Positions 41,056-50,323 are shown, counted from the first letter of the stretch. The stretch is DNA of 64,000 nt from Gammaproteobacteria bacterium (GCA_049604295.1 JBMYTL010000010.1:38-64037), one strand, 5' to 3'. The notes: generated by a model not told the origin, from the sequence alone. Program-made: numbers and translations.

Positions 41056-43065
41056 ATGAGTTCCACCACCTATCTGCCACCACTGCTGGGCCTGTTCGGC
41101 CTGTTTGCCGCGTGGTTCGTGTTCCAGGTCGTGAAGGCCAATCCCGGCGGTGACGGCCGGGTCAAGGATATCGGCGATCAGATCCACCTGGGAGCCATGG
41201 TGTTCATGAAGAGTGAATACAAGGTGCTCTTCATGTTCTCGGGGCTGGTCTTGCTGTTCCTGCTGTACTTCCTCGGATGGAAGACGGGCCTGGCCTTCGC
41301 CACCGGGGCGATCACCTCCGCGCTGGCCGGTTGGTTCGGCATGTATACCGCCACCCACGCCAATGTGCGCACCACCATCGCCGCCAACCGCTCCGGCCCC
41401 GCCAAGGCCCTCGAAGTGGCCTTCTTCGGTGGCTCGATCATGGGCCTGCTGGTGGCCTCCATGGGCCTGCTGGGTCTGGGTACCCTGTACCTGATCTTTG
41501 GTGGTGACCCGGAAACGGCCCACGCCATCCACGGTTTCGGCATGGGCGCCTCCTCGGTGGCACTGTTCTCCCGTGTCGGCGGCGGTATCTACACCAAGTC
41601 CGCCGACGTGGGCGCGGACCTTGTGGGCAAGGTGGAGGCGGGTATTCCGGAGGATGACCCCCGCAACCCCGGTGTGATCGCCGACAACGTGGGAGACAAC
41701 GTGGGGGATGTGGCCGGCATGGGGTCGGATATCTTCGAGTCCTACTGCGGTGCCATGATTGCCTCCATTGCCATTGCCGCCACCCTCAGCGTGGGCGAAC
41801 TCGCGGCCATGGATGTGGACCAGTCCACGCTCATGTTCCTGCCCCTCGCGCTCTCATCCCTGGGTCTGTTGTGCTCGATCGCGGGCATCATCATCGTGCG
41901 CCAGTTCTCGGGTAAGTCGCCGGAGAAGGCACTGCGTATCGGCACTATCGGCTCGGCGGTCATCTTCGTGGTCCTGTCGGCGGCGCTGATCCGCTACATG
42001 GATGCGCCCAACGGTGTTTGGGGCGCGGTGCTGTTCGGTTCCATCGGCGGCATCATCGTGGGGCTGGTTACCGAGTACTACACCGGTGGCAGTCCCGTGC
42101 GTCGCATCGCCAAATCCGGTGAGACCGGCCCTGCCACGGTCATGATCTCCGGTCTCGCCGTGGGTATGCAGTCGGTGGTCATTCCCGTGCTGACCATCTG
42201 CGCGATCATCATCGCGGCCAACTACTACGTCGGCCTGTACGGGGTGGGTATTGCCGCTGTGGGCATGCTCGCCACCGTGGGAATCACCATGGCCATCGAT
42301 GCGTACGGTCCCGTGGCCGACAATGCGGGGGGTATCGCGGAGATGGCGGAACTGGGGCCGGAGACCCGCCAGATCACCGACGGCCTGGACGAGGTCGGCA
42401 ACACTACCGCCGCCATCGGCAAGGGTTTCGCAATCTCCGCCGCCGCCCTGGCCGCCCTGGCCATCATCACGGCATTCGTGCAGACCGTGGAACTGAACAT
42501 CGAGGGTTTCACCCTGGAGCTGGGTAATCCGGATGTGCTGATCGGCCTGCTCATCGGTGGGGTGCTGCCTTTCCTGATCGCCTCCATCACCATGACGGCG
42601 GTGGGCGATGCGGCCTTCGCCATGATCAAGGAGATCCGCCGTCAGTTCCGTTCCATTCCCGGACTGCTGGAGGGCACGGCCAAGCCTGACACCGAGCGCT
42701 GCGTGAAGATTGCCACGGATGCGGCCATCAAGAAGATGGTCCTGCCCGGCGCCATCGCCATTCTGGCCCCCGTGCTGGTGGGCTGGCTGCTGGGTGCGCA
42801 CACCCTGGGCGGCATGCTCGGTGGCGCCCTGCTCGCCTGTGTGCTCCTGGCGCTGACCATGGCCAATGCCGGCGGTGCCTGGGACAACGCCAAGAAGCAT
42901 GTGGAGAAGGGCAACTTCGGGGGCAAGGGCTCCGAGGTCCACAAGGCCGCCGTGGTTGGCGACACCGTGGGCGACCCCTTCAAGGACACCTCCGGACCAT
43001 CCATGAACATCCTCATCAACGTGATGGCGATCGTCTCCCTGGTGATCGCGCCCCTGTTGAGTTGA
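41056..43065 (+). CDS. hppA: membrane-bound pyrophosphatase (K+-dependent-type signature)
   Basis: 669 aa, polytopic. [41 protein letters not shown]. Confidence 0.95.
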   Translation: MSSTTYLPPLLGLFGLFAAWFVFQVVKANPGGDGRVKDIGDQIHLGAMVFMKSEYKVLFMFSGLVLLFLLYFLGWKTGLAFATGAITSALAGWFGMYTATHANVRTTIAANRSGPAKALEVAFFGGSIMGLLVASMGLLGLGTLYLIFGGDPETAHAIHGFGMGASSVALFSRVGGGIYTKSADVGADLVGKVEAGIPEDDPRNPGVIADNVGDNVGDVAGMGSDIFESYCGAMIASIAIAATLSVGELAAMDVDQSTLMFLPLALSSLGLLCSIAGIIIVRQFSGKSPEKALRIGTIGSAVIFVVLSAALIRYMDAPNGVWGAVLFGSIGGIIVGLVTEYYTGGSPVRRIAKSGETGPATVMISGLAVGMQSVVIPVLTICAIIIAANYYVGLYGVGIAAVGMLATVGITMAIDAYGPVADNAGGIAEMAELGPETRQITDGLDEVGNTTAAIGKGFAISAAALAALAIITAFVQTVELNIEGFTLELGNPDVLIGLLIGGVLPFLIASITMTAVGDAAFAMIKEIRRQFRSIPGLLEGTAKPDTERCVKIATDAAIKKMVLPGAIAILAPVLVGWLLGAHTLGGMLGGALLACVLLALTMANAGGAWDNAKKHVEKGNFGGKGSEVHKAAVVGDTVGDPFKDTSGPSMNILINVMAIVSLVIAPLLS

Positions 43066-43095
43066 TCCCTGGTGAGTTGAGCCTTGGTGAGTTGA
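43051..43095 (+). repeat. 15-bp tandem repeat x3, each unit ending in an in-frame TGA (first one is the hppA stop)
   Basis: cccctgttgagttga / tccctggtgagttga / gccttggtgagttga. TGA at 43063, 43078 and 43093, all in the hppA frame. Confidence 0.9.
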
Positions 43096-43117
43096 GGGGC
43101 CTTCCCCTCCTTTGAAG

Positions 43118-43153
43118 GCAAAAGGGCCGCGAAAAGCGGCCCTTTTGCCGTTC
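43118..43153. terminator. intrinsic terminator, potentially bidirectional (hppA / moeA convergent)
   Basis: gcaaaagggccgc-gaaaa-gcggcccttttgc. The A-tract and T-tract are part of the stem flanks. Confidence 0.8.
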
Positions 43154-43247
43154 TACGGAAGGTGGATGTGCTCAGGGGGCTTATGCCCTGAGACGGGCGA
43201 ACCCTTTTATGTGGTGGGTTCGTCTTCGTACGACTGAGCCTCCAGCG

Positions 43248-43351
43248 GTCTGCCGGGTGTTGTCTCCTGAGACCGTTGCCCGCGGGGATGCGGGCTACGA
43301 GCCTACATGGATGTATTCACGGCGAGTCTCAGGAGACAACACCCGGCAGAC
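43248..43351. repeat. perfect 26-bp inverted repeat with a 52-nt spacer
   Basis: gtctgccgggtgttgtctcctgagac (43248..43273) and its exact reverse complement gtctcaggagacaacacccggcagac (43326..43351). The spacer contains gcctac, a REP-like tail. Confidence 0.95.
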
Positions 43352-43396
43352 ATTCCCGCTAAGAAAGATGATGTCTTCAACATCATCTCCAGACCC

Positions 43397-44668
43397 TCAA
43401 ACCAGTCCAGAAAACAACTGCACCCTCACCATCTCCCCTGCTTCCACCGACCCCTGTTCGGGGGCCAGAACGATGAACGCATTCGCCCGGCTCATGGAGG
43501 TCAGGACCCCGGATCCCTGGCTGCCGGTGCTGCGTACGGACAGGGTTCCATCAGCGGCCGGGAACACGATGGCGCGCACGTACTCGGTCCGACCGGGTTT
43601 CTTGCGCAGGCGGTTCACGCAGCGGGCCGGAATCAGCAGAGGCGGTACGTGTTCGCCACCCGATAGAACCTGAAGGGCGGGCCGTACGAATTGCAGGAAG
43701 GTCACCATCACCGCGACGGGGTTGCCGGGCAGCCCGAAGAACAGGGTCCCGCCGATACGGCCGAAGGTGAGCGGGCGACCGGGTTTCATGGCGATCTTCC
43801 AGAAGTGCATGTCGCCAAGGGATGAAAGCACCGGCTTGATGTAGTCGGCATCGCCCACGGATACGCCGCCCGATGTGATGACCAGATCGGCGCGCGATGC
43901 CGCATCGGTCAGGGTCTGGCGCAGGGCGTCGGGGTCGTCGCGGACCACACCCAGGTCGATGGTCTCGACTCCCGCCTGCTCCAGCAGGGCATGAAGCGTG
44001 TAGCGATTGCTGTCGTAGATCTCGCCGTCGCCCAGGTTTTCTCCTACAGCGCGTAACTCGTCCCCGGTGGAGAAGAATGCGACCTTCGGGAGCGGGCGGA
44101 CGGTGGGGTTTGCCACGCCGAGGGAGGCGAGAACGCCGAGGTCCGCCGCGGCCAGTTTGTGACCCGCCGCGAATACCGTGGCACCGCGGGCGATGTCCTC
44201 ACCGGCCTGGCGCACATTCTGGCTAGGGCTGTGACCGGGCCCGATGCGCACCCGCCCATCGGTGGTCTCCTCCACATGCTCGCGCATGATGGCCGTGTCG
44301 GTGCCGCCCGGCATCGCGGCACCGGTCATCACCCGTATGCATTCGCCGGGTGGGCAGACCCGGTCCGTGGCCGGTCCGGCGTATGCCGTCCCCGCTATGG
44401 TGAACAGTCGCCCACCCTCGGAGGGCAGGTCAGCCGCGGCGAGGGCGAATCCGTCCACCGCCGCGTTGGTGTGGCCGGGAACATCGATGCCGGAGACCAC
44501 GTCCGCGGCGAGTACCCGCCCCAGGCTTTCCCCCAGGGCGATGGATTCGGAACCGTCAACGGGGGCGATGGCGGCGAGTATGGCGTCCAGGGCACTCGGC
44601 ACGCTGAGCATGCCGGGGTCGCCAGGGTCCGCGCAGGAGGGTTGATGGTTGGGGGCGGGATCGGTCAT
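43397..44668 (-). CDS. moeA: molybdopterin molybdotransferase
   Basis: LGEDIARG region, ITSGGVSVGDADY, GLPGNPVAV. Start uncertain: ATG 44668, or 44773 in the ORF track. Confidence 0.85.
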   Translation of the reverse strand: MTDPAPNHQPSCADPGDPGMLSVPSALDAILAAIAPVDGSESIALGESLGRVLAADVVSGIDVPGHTNAAVDGFALAAADLPSEGGRLFTIAGTAYAGPATDRVCPPGECIRVMTGAAMPGGTDTAIMREHVEETTDGRVRIGPGHSPSQNVRQAGEDIARGATVFAAGHKLAAADLGVLASLGVANPTVRPLPKVAFFSTGDELRAVGENLGDGEIYDSNRYTLHALLEQAGVETIDLGVVRDDPDALRQTLTDAASRADLVITSGGVSVGDADYIKPVLSSLGDMHFWKIAMKPGRPLTFGRIGGTLFFGLPGNPVAVMVTFLQFVRPALQVLSGGEHVPPLLIPARCVNRLRKKPGRTEYVRAIVFPAADGTLSVRSTGSQGSGVLTSMSRANAFIVLAPEQGSVEAGEMVRVQLFSGLV

Positions 44669-44782
44669 GGCTGCGGTCTCCCGCCAAGGTCGTGCACGGG
44701 GTTGGCTGAGTGAGTGATCAGGACGTGTCCTGGAAGATCGGGGGCGGCGCAACTGCTCCGGATAATCGCCCATGGCAATTGT

Positions 44783-45391
44783 TCAGAGGTCCTGGGGCGT
44801 GTTGATGTTGCGGAATACAGTGCCCGGGAATCTTGCCACCGTGGCCCCCTCGTCCTCCAGCCAGCGGGCGACCTTCACCCCGCCCGCCGTCACGCAACGC
44901 TCCAGGCTGGGCAACAGGTCACGGTGGAGGAGGGTATACACCGGTTGGGCGTGTTCGCCATCGTGCGCCATGGCGATACCGGCGGCGCTGCGTTGGGCGG
45001 AAGCCAGCAGTCCATCGACCAGGTCGGGCGGCAGGAAGGGGCCATCGCAGGGGACGATAACGAAGTGCCGGGTGGGGGAGAGTTCCATGGCGGTGATGAA
45101 ACCCGCCAGAGGACCGAAGCGCCCGGGGCGGGTATCGGCCAACACCGGGTGGCCAAAGGTGGCGTAGTCCTCCAGGTGGCGGTTGGCGTTGATGATCAGG
45201 CCGTCCACCTGCGGCATCAGGGCATCGAGTACATGGTGGATCAAGGGACGGCCCTGGAATTCGAGCAGGCCCTTGTCCCGCCCCCCCATGCGTGACCCCC
45301 GGCCTCCGGCGAGCACGAATGCGGTCAGAGGCGGGCGGGTCGTGGGGGTGGTGTGCTCGGGGCGCACGGCGCGGTTGTGGTGGTCAACCAT
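44783..45391 (-). CDS. mobA: molybdenum cofactor guanylyltransferase
   Basis: FVLAGGRGSRMGGRDKGLL. Start ATG 45391 overlaps the end of the upstream ABC ATPase gene by 8 nt. Confidence 0.8.
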   Translation of the reverse strand: MVDHHNRAVRPEHTTPTTRPPLTAFVLAGGRGSRMGGRDKGLLEFQGRPLIHHVLDALMPQVDGLIINANRHLEDYATFGHPVLADTRPGRFGPLAGFITAMELSPTRHFVIVPCDGPFLPPDLVDGLLASAQRSAAGIAMAHDGEHAQPVYTLLHRDLLPSLERCVTAGGVKVARWLEDEGATVARFPGTVFRNINTPQDL

Positions 45392-46130
45392 GACGGGCGG
45401 GGCCGACCTTGTGGTGCCGCCCCGGGTCAAGTGGCGTGATCTGGTCGCTTAGTTCGATGGGCGCGGGTTCCAGTGCGCCCGCGCTCAGGCACAGGCTGTC
45501 GGCCTGGAAACTGATCCAGTGACCGGGGTCGTGGGTGGCGATGACCAGGGCGGTGCCCTGTTCGCGCAGTCGGGTGAGCAGTTGCAGGGCACGCACCCGC
45601 GCCTGATCGTCGAGATTCGCCGTGGGCTCGTCCAACAGCATGATGGAGGGGCGACGAAGCCAGGCGCGTGCCAGGGCGACGCGCTGACGTTCGCCGCCCG
45701 AGAGGGTGGTGGCGGGCTGTTCGGCGAGGTCTTCGAGACCCGCCCACTCCAGGGCCTCCGCGGTCATGGGGTTTCGTATGGCGCGGGGCAGGCGGCGCAC
45801 GGCGAATGCGACGTTGCGGCGCACGCTGCCGTCCAGCATGTAGGGCTGCTGGTGCACGTAGACGCAAAGGGCGAGCAACTGCTGGCGCGCGCGCCGCCAG
45901 GTCCGTGGGCCGGAGCCGGTGTCGAAGACGCCCCGGTCCGCCGGTTCCAGGCCGGCGAGGATCTTGAGCAACGTGGATTTGCCCGTGCCGTTGCCACCGC
46001 GCAGAAGCAGGCAGCTGTCGCTACCGATGGCAATGTCCGCGCCGTCCAGCACGGGGGCGCGGCCACGGAAGCGTTTGCCCAGTGCGGTGACGCAGAGCAG
46101 GGGCCGGGGCGGGGCGTGCACTGAACTCAT
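45384..46130 (-). CDS. tupC: ABC transporter ATP-binding protein (tungstate uptake, TupC-like)
   Basis: Walker A GGNGTGKST, signature LSGGERQR, Walker B MLLDEPT. The ATGA overlap with the permease gene suggests translational coupling. Confidence 0.75.
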   Translation of the reverse strand: MSSVHAPPRPLLCVTALGKRFRGRAPVLDGADIAIGSDSCLLLRGGNGTGKSTLLKILAGLEPADRGVFDTGSGPRTWRRARQQLLALCVYVHQQPYMLDGSVRRNVAFAVRRLPRAIRNPMTAEALEWAGLEDLAEQPATTLSGGERQRVALARAWLRRPSIMLLDEPTANLDDQARVRALQLLTRLREQGTALVIATHDPGHWISFQADSLCLSAGALEPAPIELSDQITPLDPGRHHKVGPARHG

Positions 46131-46831
46131 GCGCTGACCAGTGCTCCGCGCCCCTGGAACTGATGCAGCAGGGCGTTTACCACGAAGGCCAGCAGCACCA
46201 GGACCAGGCCCAGGGCGATGCCCTGGGCGAATTCGCCCTTGCTGGTTTCCAGGGCGATGGCGGTGGGAATGTTGCGGGTGTAATGCAGGATGTTGCCGCC
46301 CAACATCATGGATGCGCCCACCTCGGCGATGATGCGGCCGAAGGCGGCGAACAAGGCGGCGAGCAGGCCGAAGCGCACTTCACGAACCACGGTGATCACC
46401 GCGTCCGGGACGGAGCTGCCCAGGGTACGGGCGGTCTCCCAGGCGCGTCGGTCAGAGGCCTGCAGGGCTGAGTGACCCATGGATACCAGAATGGGCAGCG
46501 CGAGGGTGATCTGGCCCAGGACCATGGCCGACTGGGTGAACAGCAGGCGCCAGTCCCCCAAGGGGCCTGATCGCGACAACAGGATATAGAGGGTCAGACC
46601 GACAACGACCGCTGGCACGGATAGCAGGGTGTTGAAGACGGTGATCAGCAAGCGCCGGCCGGGAAATCGCGCGTAGGTGAGTAGGAAGGCCAGGCCCAGG
46701 CCCATCGGGGTGGCGATGAGTATGGCCATGAGCGACACGCTGAAGGAGATCCCCACGATCTCCCACAGGGCCGGGTCGCCGCTGAACAGCAGGCGAAGTG
46801 CTTCGATGCTGGCGGAAGCGAGGTGGTCCAA
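46127..46831 (-). CDS. tupB: ABC transporter permease (TupB-like)
   Basis: 234 aa, about 5-6 TM, EAA-like loop SDRRAWETARTLG. Apparent TTG start at 46831. Confidence 0.75.
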   Translation of the reverse strand: MDHLASASIEALRLLFSGDPALWEIVGISFSVSLMAILIATPMGLGLAFLLTYARFPGRRLLITVFNTLLSVPAVVVGLTLYILLSRSGPLGDWRLLFTQSAMVLGQITLALPILVSMGHSALQASDRRAWETARTLGSSVPDAVITVVREVRFGLLAALFAAFGRIIAEVGASMMLGGNILHYTRNIPTAIALETSKGEFAQGIALGLVLVLLAFVVNALLHQFQGRGALVSA

Positions 46832-47034
46832 GGCGGTGCGGGTTCCTGAATGGGACGCTCCCCGATCAGCCTCAGGTGTTCAGCGACGTCGCGTCAACGA
46901 CGGTGTCTGAGTGTGCCGCTCGGGTCTCGAAGGTTGGGCCATGGGGCATGGGCCAAAGGGCATCGGCCATGGACCAAGGGTCGGGAGCATAGCAAGCATC
47001 ACCGACCCCTGGTCCGTCTTCGGATGCCTTGCCC

Positions 47035-47913
47035 TCAGCGCTGGGCCGTGGCGGTCTTCGCGCTGGGTGTGAACAACTGTTCGCCGTTGAGCCGGAACGA
47101 TGCGATGAGCTGCTGTCCCGCCTCACCGGTAAGCCAGGCAATCAGGGCTTCAGCACCGGCGTGATTGAGGTCCGGGTACTTGCTGTCGCTGACGCGGATG
47201 ATGCCGTAAGGGTTGAACAGCACGGGGTCACCGGAGAACAGCAGGTTCAGGTGGGAACCGGCCTTCAGTGACAGCCAGGTGCCGCGGTCGGTGAGGGTGT
47301 AGGCATCGGTCTCGCTGGCGATCTGCAATACCTTGCCCATGCCCTGGCCGGCCTCGCGGTACCAGCTGCCGTCCGGGTTGGTCTCGGCGGTGTGCCACAG
47401 GGCCCGTTCCTTTTTGTGGGTTCCGGAATCGTCGCCACGGGATATGAACGGCGCTTCGTGGGTTGCGATGGCCCGCAGGGCCTCCGCGGCGGTGCGGCTG
47501 TTGCCTACTCCGGCCGGGTCCGCCTTGGGCCCCACGATGACGAAATCGTTGAACATCACGGGATGGCGCTCCACGCCATGGCCCTCGGCCACGAAACGTT
47601 CCTCCGCGGGTGGTGCATGCACCAGCACCACGTCCACGTCCCCATCCCGCCCCATGCGCAGGGCCTTGCCCGTGCCCACGGCGATGACGTGGACGTCGTG
47701 GCCGGTGGCCTTGCTGAATGCGGGCAGAAGGTGATCCAGGAGCCCGGAGTTCTCGGTACTGGTGGTGGTGGCCAGGCGAATGGGTTGGCTATCAGCCTGG
47801 CTGGCTGGAGCGCCGAACAAAAGGCTGCCCAGGAGCAGGGCAGGGATGGGCAGCTTATTCAGGGTTGAAGCGCGCACGGCGGTGGCGCACAGGCGAATGA
47901 GTCCGCGGGTCAT
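47035..47913 (-). CDS. tupA: tungstate ABC transporter substrate-binding protein (TupA-like)
   Basis: Signal peptide, then IRLATTTSTENSGLLDHLLPAF and VGTGKALRMGRDGDVDVVLVHAP, the TTTS-containing pattern I associate with TupA. Confidence 0.75.
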   Translation of the reverse strand: MTRGLIRLCATAVRASTLNKLPIPALLLGSLLFGAPASQADSQPIRLATTTSTENSGLLDHLLPAFSKATGHDVHVIAVGTGKALRMGRDGDVDVVLVHAPPAEERFVAEGHGVERHPVMFNDFVIVGPKADPAGVGNSRTAAEALRAIATHEAPFISRGDDSGTHKKERALWHTAETNPDGSWYREAGQGMGKVLQIASETDAYTLTDRGTWLSLKAGSHLNLLFSGDPVLFNPYGIIRVSDSKYPDLNHAGAEALIAWLTGEAGQQLIASFRLNGEQLFTPSAKTATAQR

Positions 47914-48110
47914 TGTTGTTCCTCGGCTTTGGTGGTGGCCGGAGGATAGATCGCACGTGTGGGCCGTGTCGCCGCCACCCGGGCGGCTTCGGGGAAATCC
48001 CTCTGACCTGCATACACAGCCGCCCTTCTGGTGCTCCCGTGCTTTTCAACCGAAGGGGGCAAGCACGGAAACCCGATGTCCCATGATGCGGAATGCTGCC
48101 CACCCCGGGC

Positions 48111-48140
48111 ACGAAAAGGGCGGCCGATGGCCGCCCTTTG
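48111..48140 (-). terminator. intrinsic terminator after the 48217..48987 gene
   Basis: The minus strand reads gggcggcc-atc-ggccgccc followed by ttttcg. Confidence 0.8.
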
Positions 48141-48216
48141 TGGTGTTGCATGTGTGCTTGGGTCGCTGATGCGTTAACAGGATCCCGTGTCGTGTCCGGG
48201 GGGGCGACAGGGCCCC

Positions 48217-48987
48217 TCAACGCATCAGGTTGACCAGAAACTCCAGGCCCCGCGTGTGCAGGGTGAGCACCGCTTCCTGCAGGTTCGGGTTGGCCACGGT
48301 GGCCAGCAGGATGTCCTTCACGGTGCCGTCGGCGATGTTCTCCATGCCGATCAGGGTGTCGACCTGGCTCGCCAGGGCGAAGGTGCTGGTCAGTATGATG
48401 AGGGCGAAGGGCCACTTGGCGTTGGGGGTGCCTTCTTTCTGGAACAGCTCACCGACGAGGCCCGGCAACACCGCCAACATGAACATGCCCAAGCCGATGA
48501 CCGCCGTCAGACTCAGGCGCTCGGCGAACGGCATGTTGAGATTGGCGCCCAGCATCACGGAGCCGATAGCGGCCACCGACAGCAGGAACAGCATCAGGCC
48601 GACCATGCCCACCGGGGCGAACAGACGGTCGAGCACGGGGGTTTCGGCATTAAGTGCGATGTCGAACTTGCGTGAAACCTGGTCCGCGGAGACCACCCGC
48701 TGCAGGGTGGGGCTGGTTGCGGCCATGGGTTCGTCCATGGAACCGGTGCGTGAACGCAGCCCTCCCGCGGCCAGCAGTTCCGCCAGCAGCCGCGCCCCGG
48801 CGGCATCGAGGTTGCGCTTGATCACCACCGGCTTGCCCGCGTTGATCAGGGCGTGGGCGCGCATCTTGGGCATGTTGAAGGTGTCTTGGAGAAAGCTGAG
48901 GGCGTCGGGCCCCGAGGTGCCGGGGAGCAGATCACCCTGAAAGGCTACGAAATAGCGGTCTTGCGTTTTCATGGCGGCGGTACTCAT
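48217..48987 (-). CDS. hypothetical membrane protein (soluble N-terminal domain + about 3 TM helices)
   Basis: ATG 48987 (or 48972). N-terminal about 90 aa are soluble (RYFVAFQGDLLPG...NLDAAGARLLAELLAAGGL). Hydrophobic helices follow: GMVGLMLFLLSVAAIGSVML, LTAVIGLGMFMLAVLPGLVG, WPFALIILTSTFALA. No family recognised. Confidence 0.6.
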   Translation of the reverse strand: MSTAAMKTQDRYFVAFQGDLLPGTSGPDALSFLQDTFNMPKMRAHALINAGKPVVIKRNLDAAGARLLAELLAAGGLRSRTGSMDEPMAATSPTLQRVVSADQVSRKFDIALNAETPVLDRLFAPVGMVGLMLFLLSVAAIGSVMLGANLNMPFAERLSLTAVIGLGMFMLAVLPGLVGELFQKEGTPNAKWPFALIILTSTFALASQVDTLIGMENIADGTVKDILLATVANPNLQEAVLTLHTRGLEFLVNLMR

Positions 48988-49135
48988 GGCTGTGACTCTC
49001 TGAGCTGTAACTCTCTGGCGCTCCGGAGTGGTTCCGGTCTGTGGGTGCCATGAGACGCCATCGGCCGTCCGCGTACTGTGAACTGGTTCACAAAAGGCCC
49101 GGTGGCCCACATTTTTCAGTGTTTTTTGTCTCCGC

Positions 49136-50323
49136 TCAGACCCGTACCCCGTTGTCCCGCAAGGCCTGCCGGGATGCGGCGGCGGCGCGGACGATGCGCT
49201 CGATATCGTCCTCGCCCAGGTCACAGTGAATGCTCAGGCGCAGCAATGCCTGGCCGGGCGGCGTCGCGGGCGGAAAGAAGGGGGCCCCGAACACGCCGCG
49301 GGTCTCCATCGCATCCCGCAGCCTGCGCAGCGTTGGCTCATCGCCCGCATGCAGTGGAACGATCTGGGACTGGCAGGCACCGAGATCCCAGTGATCGTCC
49401 CGCAGGGCAGCACGGAGCTGGTTAGCCCGGCTGTGCAGGGTGGCGCGGGAGGTGTCCGCGGCGCGCACCAGTTCGAGGGTTTTGAGCAGGGCGGATGCGT
49501 CCGCCGGGGGCACGGTTGAACTGAATATGGCTGACCAGGCCCTGGACATGTAATAGGTCCAGAACTGCCGTCCCATGGCGATGATTCCTGCGCGGTTGAC
49601 GAAGGCCTTGGACAGGGACGCTGTGCGGAAGTGAACCTGGTCCGTCAGGCCCAGTTCGACTACCAGGCCCGCGCCCCGGGGGCCGTGCGTTCCGAGCGAG
49701 TGGGATTCATCCACCACCAGCACGCAGCCGCTAAGCCCGGCGATGGATGCAAGCGCGTGCAGATGCGCGACGCTGCCGCTCGCCGAGTACACCGAGTCGA
49801 CGAGGATCACGCCGGGGCCGTGGCGCGCGATGCGTTTCTCGAGGCTCTCCATGTCGTTGTGGCGGAAGGGTTTCGGCTTTATGCCGGCTGCCTGGCACCC
49901 GTACCAGAAGGACCCATGGGCAAGATGGTCGATGTAGACCGGGGTTTCGGCGTCGGTTATGACCTGGATCAGGCCCATGTTGGCGGCCATGCCCGACTGG
50001 GTGAGCACGCTTTTCTCGCTCCCCATATGGTGTGCCATCAGGCGTTCGAAGCGATGGAAGGGGCTGTCGCCGTGCTGGAAGACCGCCGACATCATCGGTC
50101 CCTGGCCGTTGGCCTCGTGAGAGCGGTCCTGGGCCTTGACGATTTCAGGGTGACCGGCGAGCCGCAGGTAGTCGTTGTCGCCGCAGAAGATGTCATCGGG
50201 ACCACGCTCACGGCCCCAGGTCAGGATGGTGCCGTCCCAGCGGTCGCGTACGGATTCGTTGTAGAACGCCTGGACTCTGCGGGCGAGAAATCCGGGCAGT
50301 GGGGCGTGTCGGCTTGGGGGCAT
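49136..50323 (-). CDS. alpha-oxoamine synthase family PLP enzyme, CqsA/LqsA-like (alpha-hydroxyketone autoinducer synthase candidate)
   Basis: 395 aa. LVVDESHSLGTHGPRGAGLVVELGLTDQVHFRTASLSKAF (PLP-Lys), SQSGMAANMGL, HGPGVILVDSVYS, RGVFGAPFFPPATP. From memory this pattern is closer to CqsA/LqsA than to BioF, Kbl or HemA. Confidence 0.6.
   Translation of the reverse strand: MPPSRHAPLPGFLARRVQAFYNESVRDRWDGTILTWGRERGPDDIFCGDNDYLRLAGHPEIVKAQDRSHEANGQGPMMSAVFQHGDSPFHRFERLMAHHMGSEKSVLTQSGMAANMGLIQVITDAETPVYIDHLAHGSFWYGCQAAGIKPKPFRHNDMESLEKRIARHGPGVILVDSVYSASGSVAHLHALASIAGLSGCVLVVDESHSLGTHGPRGAGLVVELGLTDQVHFRTASLSKAFVNRAGIIAMGRQFWTYYMSRAWSAIFSSTVPPADASALLKTLELVRAADTSRATLHSRANQLRAALRDDHWDLGACQSQIVPLHAGDEPTLRRLRDAMETRGVFGAPFFPPATPPGQALLRLSIHCDLGEDDIERIVRAAAASRQALRDNGVRV

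Noticed and set aside
47914-48110. Calling the tupA leader a Moco/Tuco riboswitch outright
   Set aside because: By eye I could not place the conserved core elements of the Moco motif. Only a generic SD-sequestering hairpin is visible. It is kept as a hypothesis to test with a covariance model, not as a feature.
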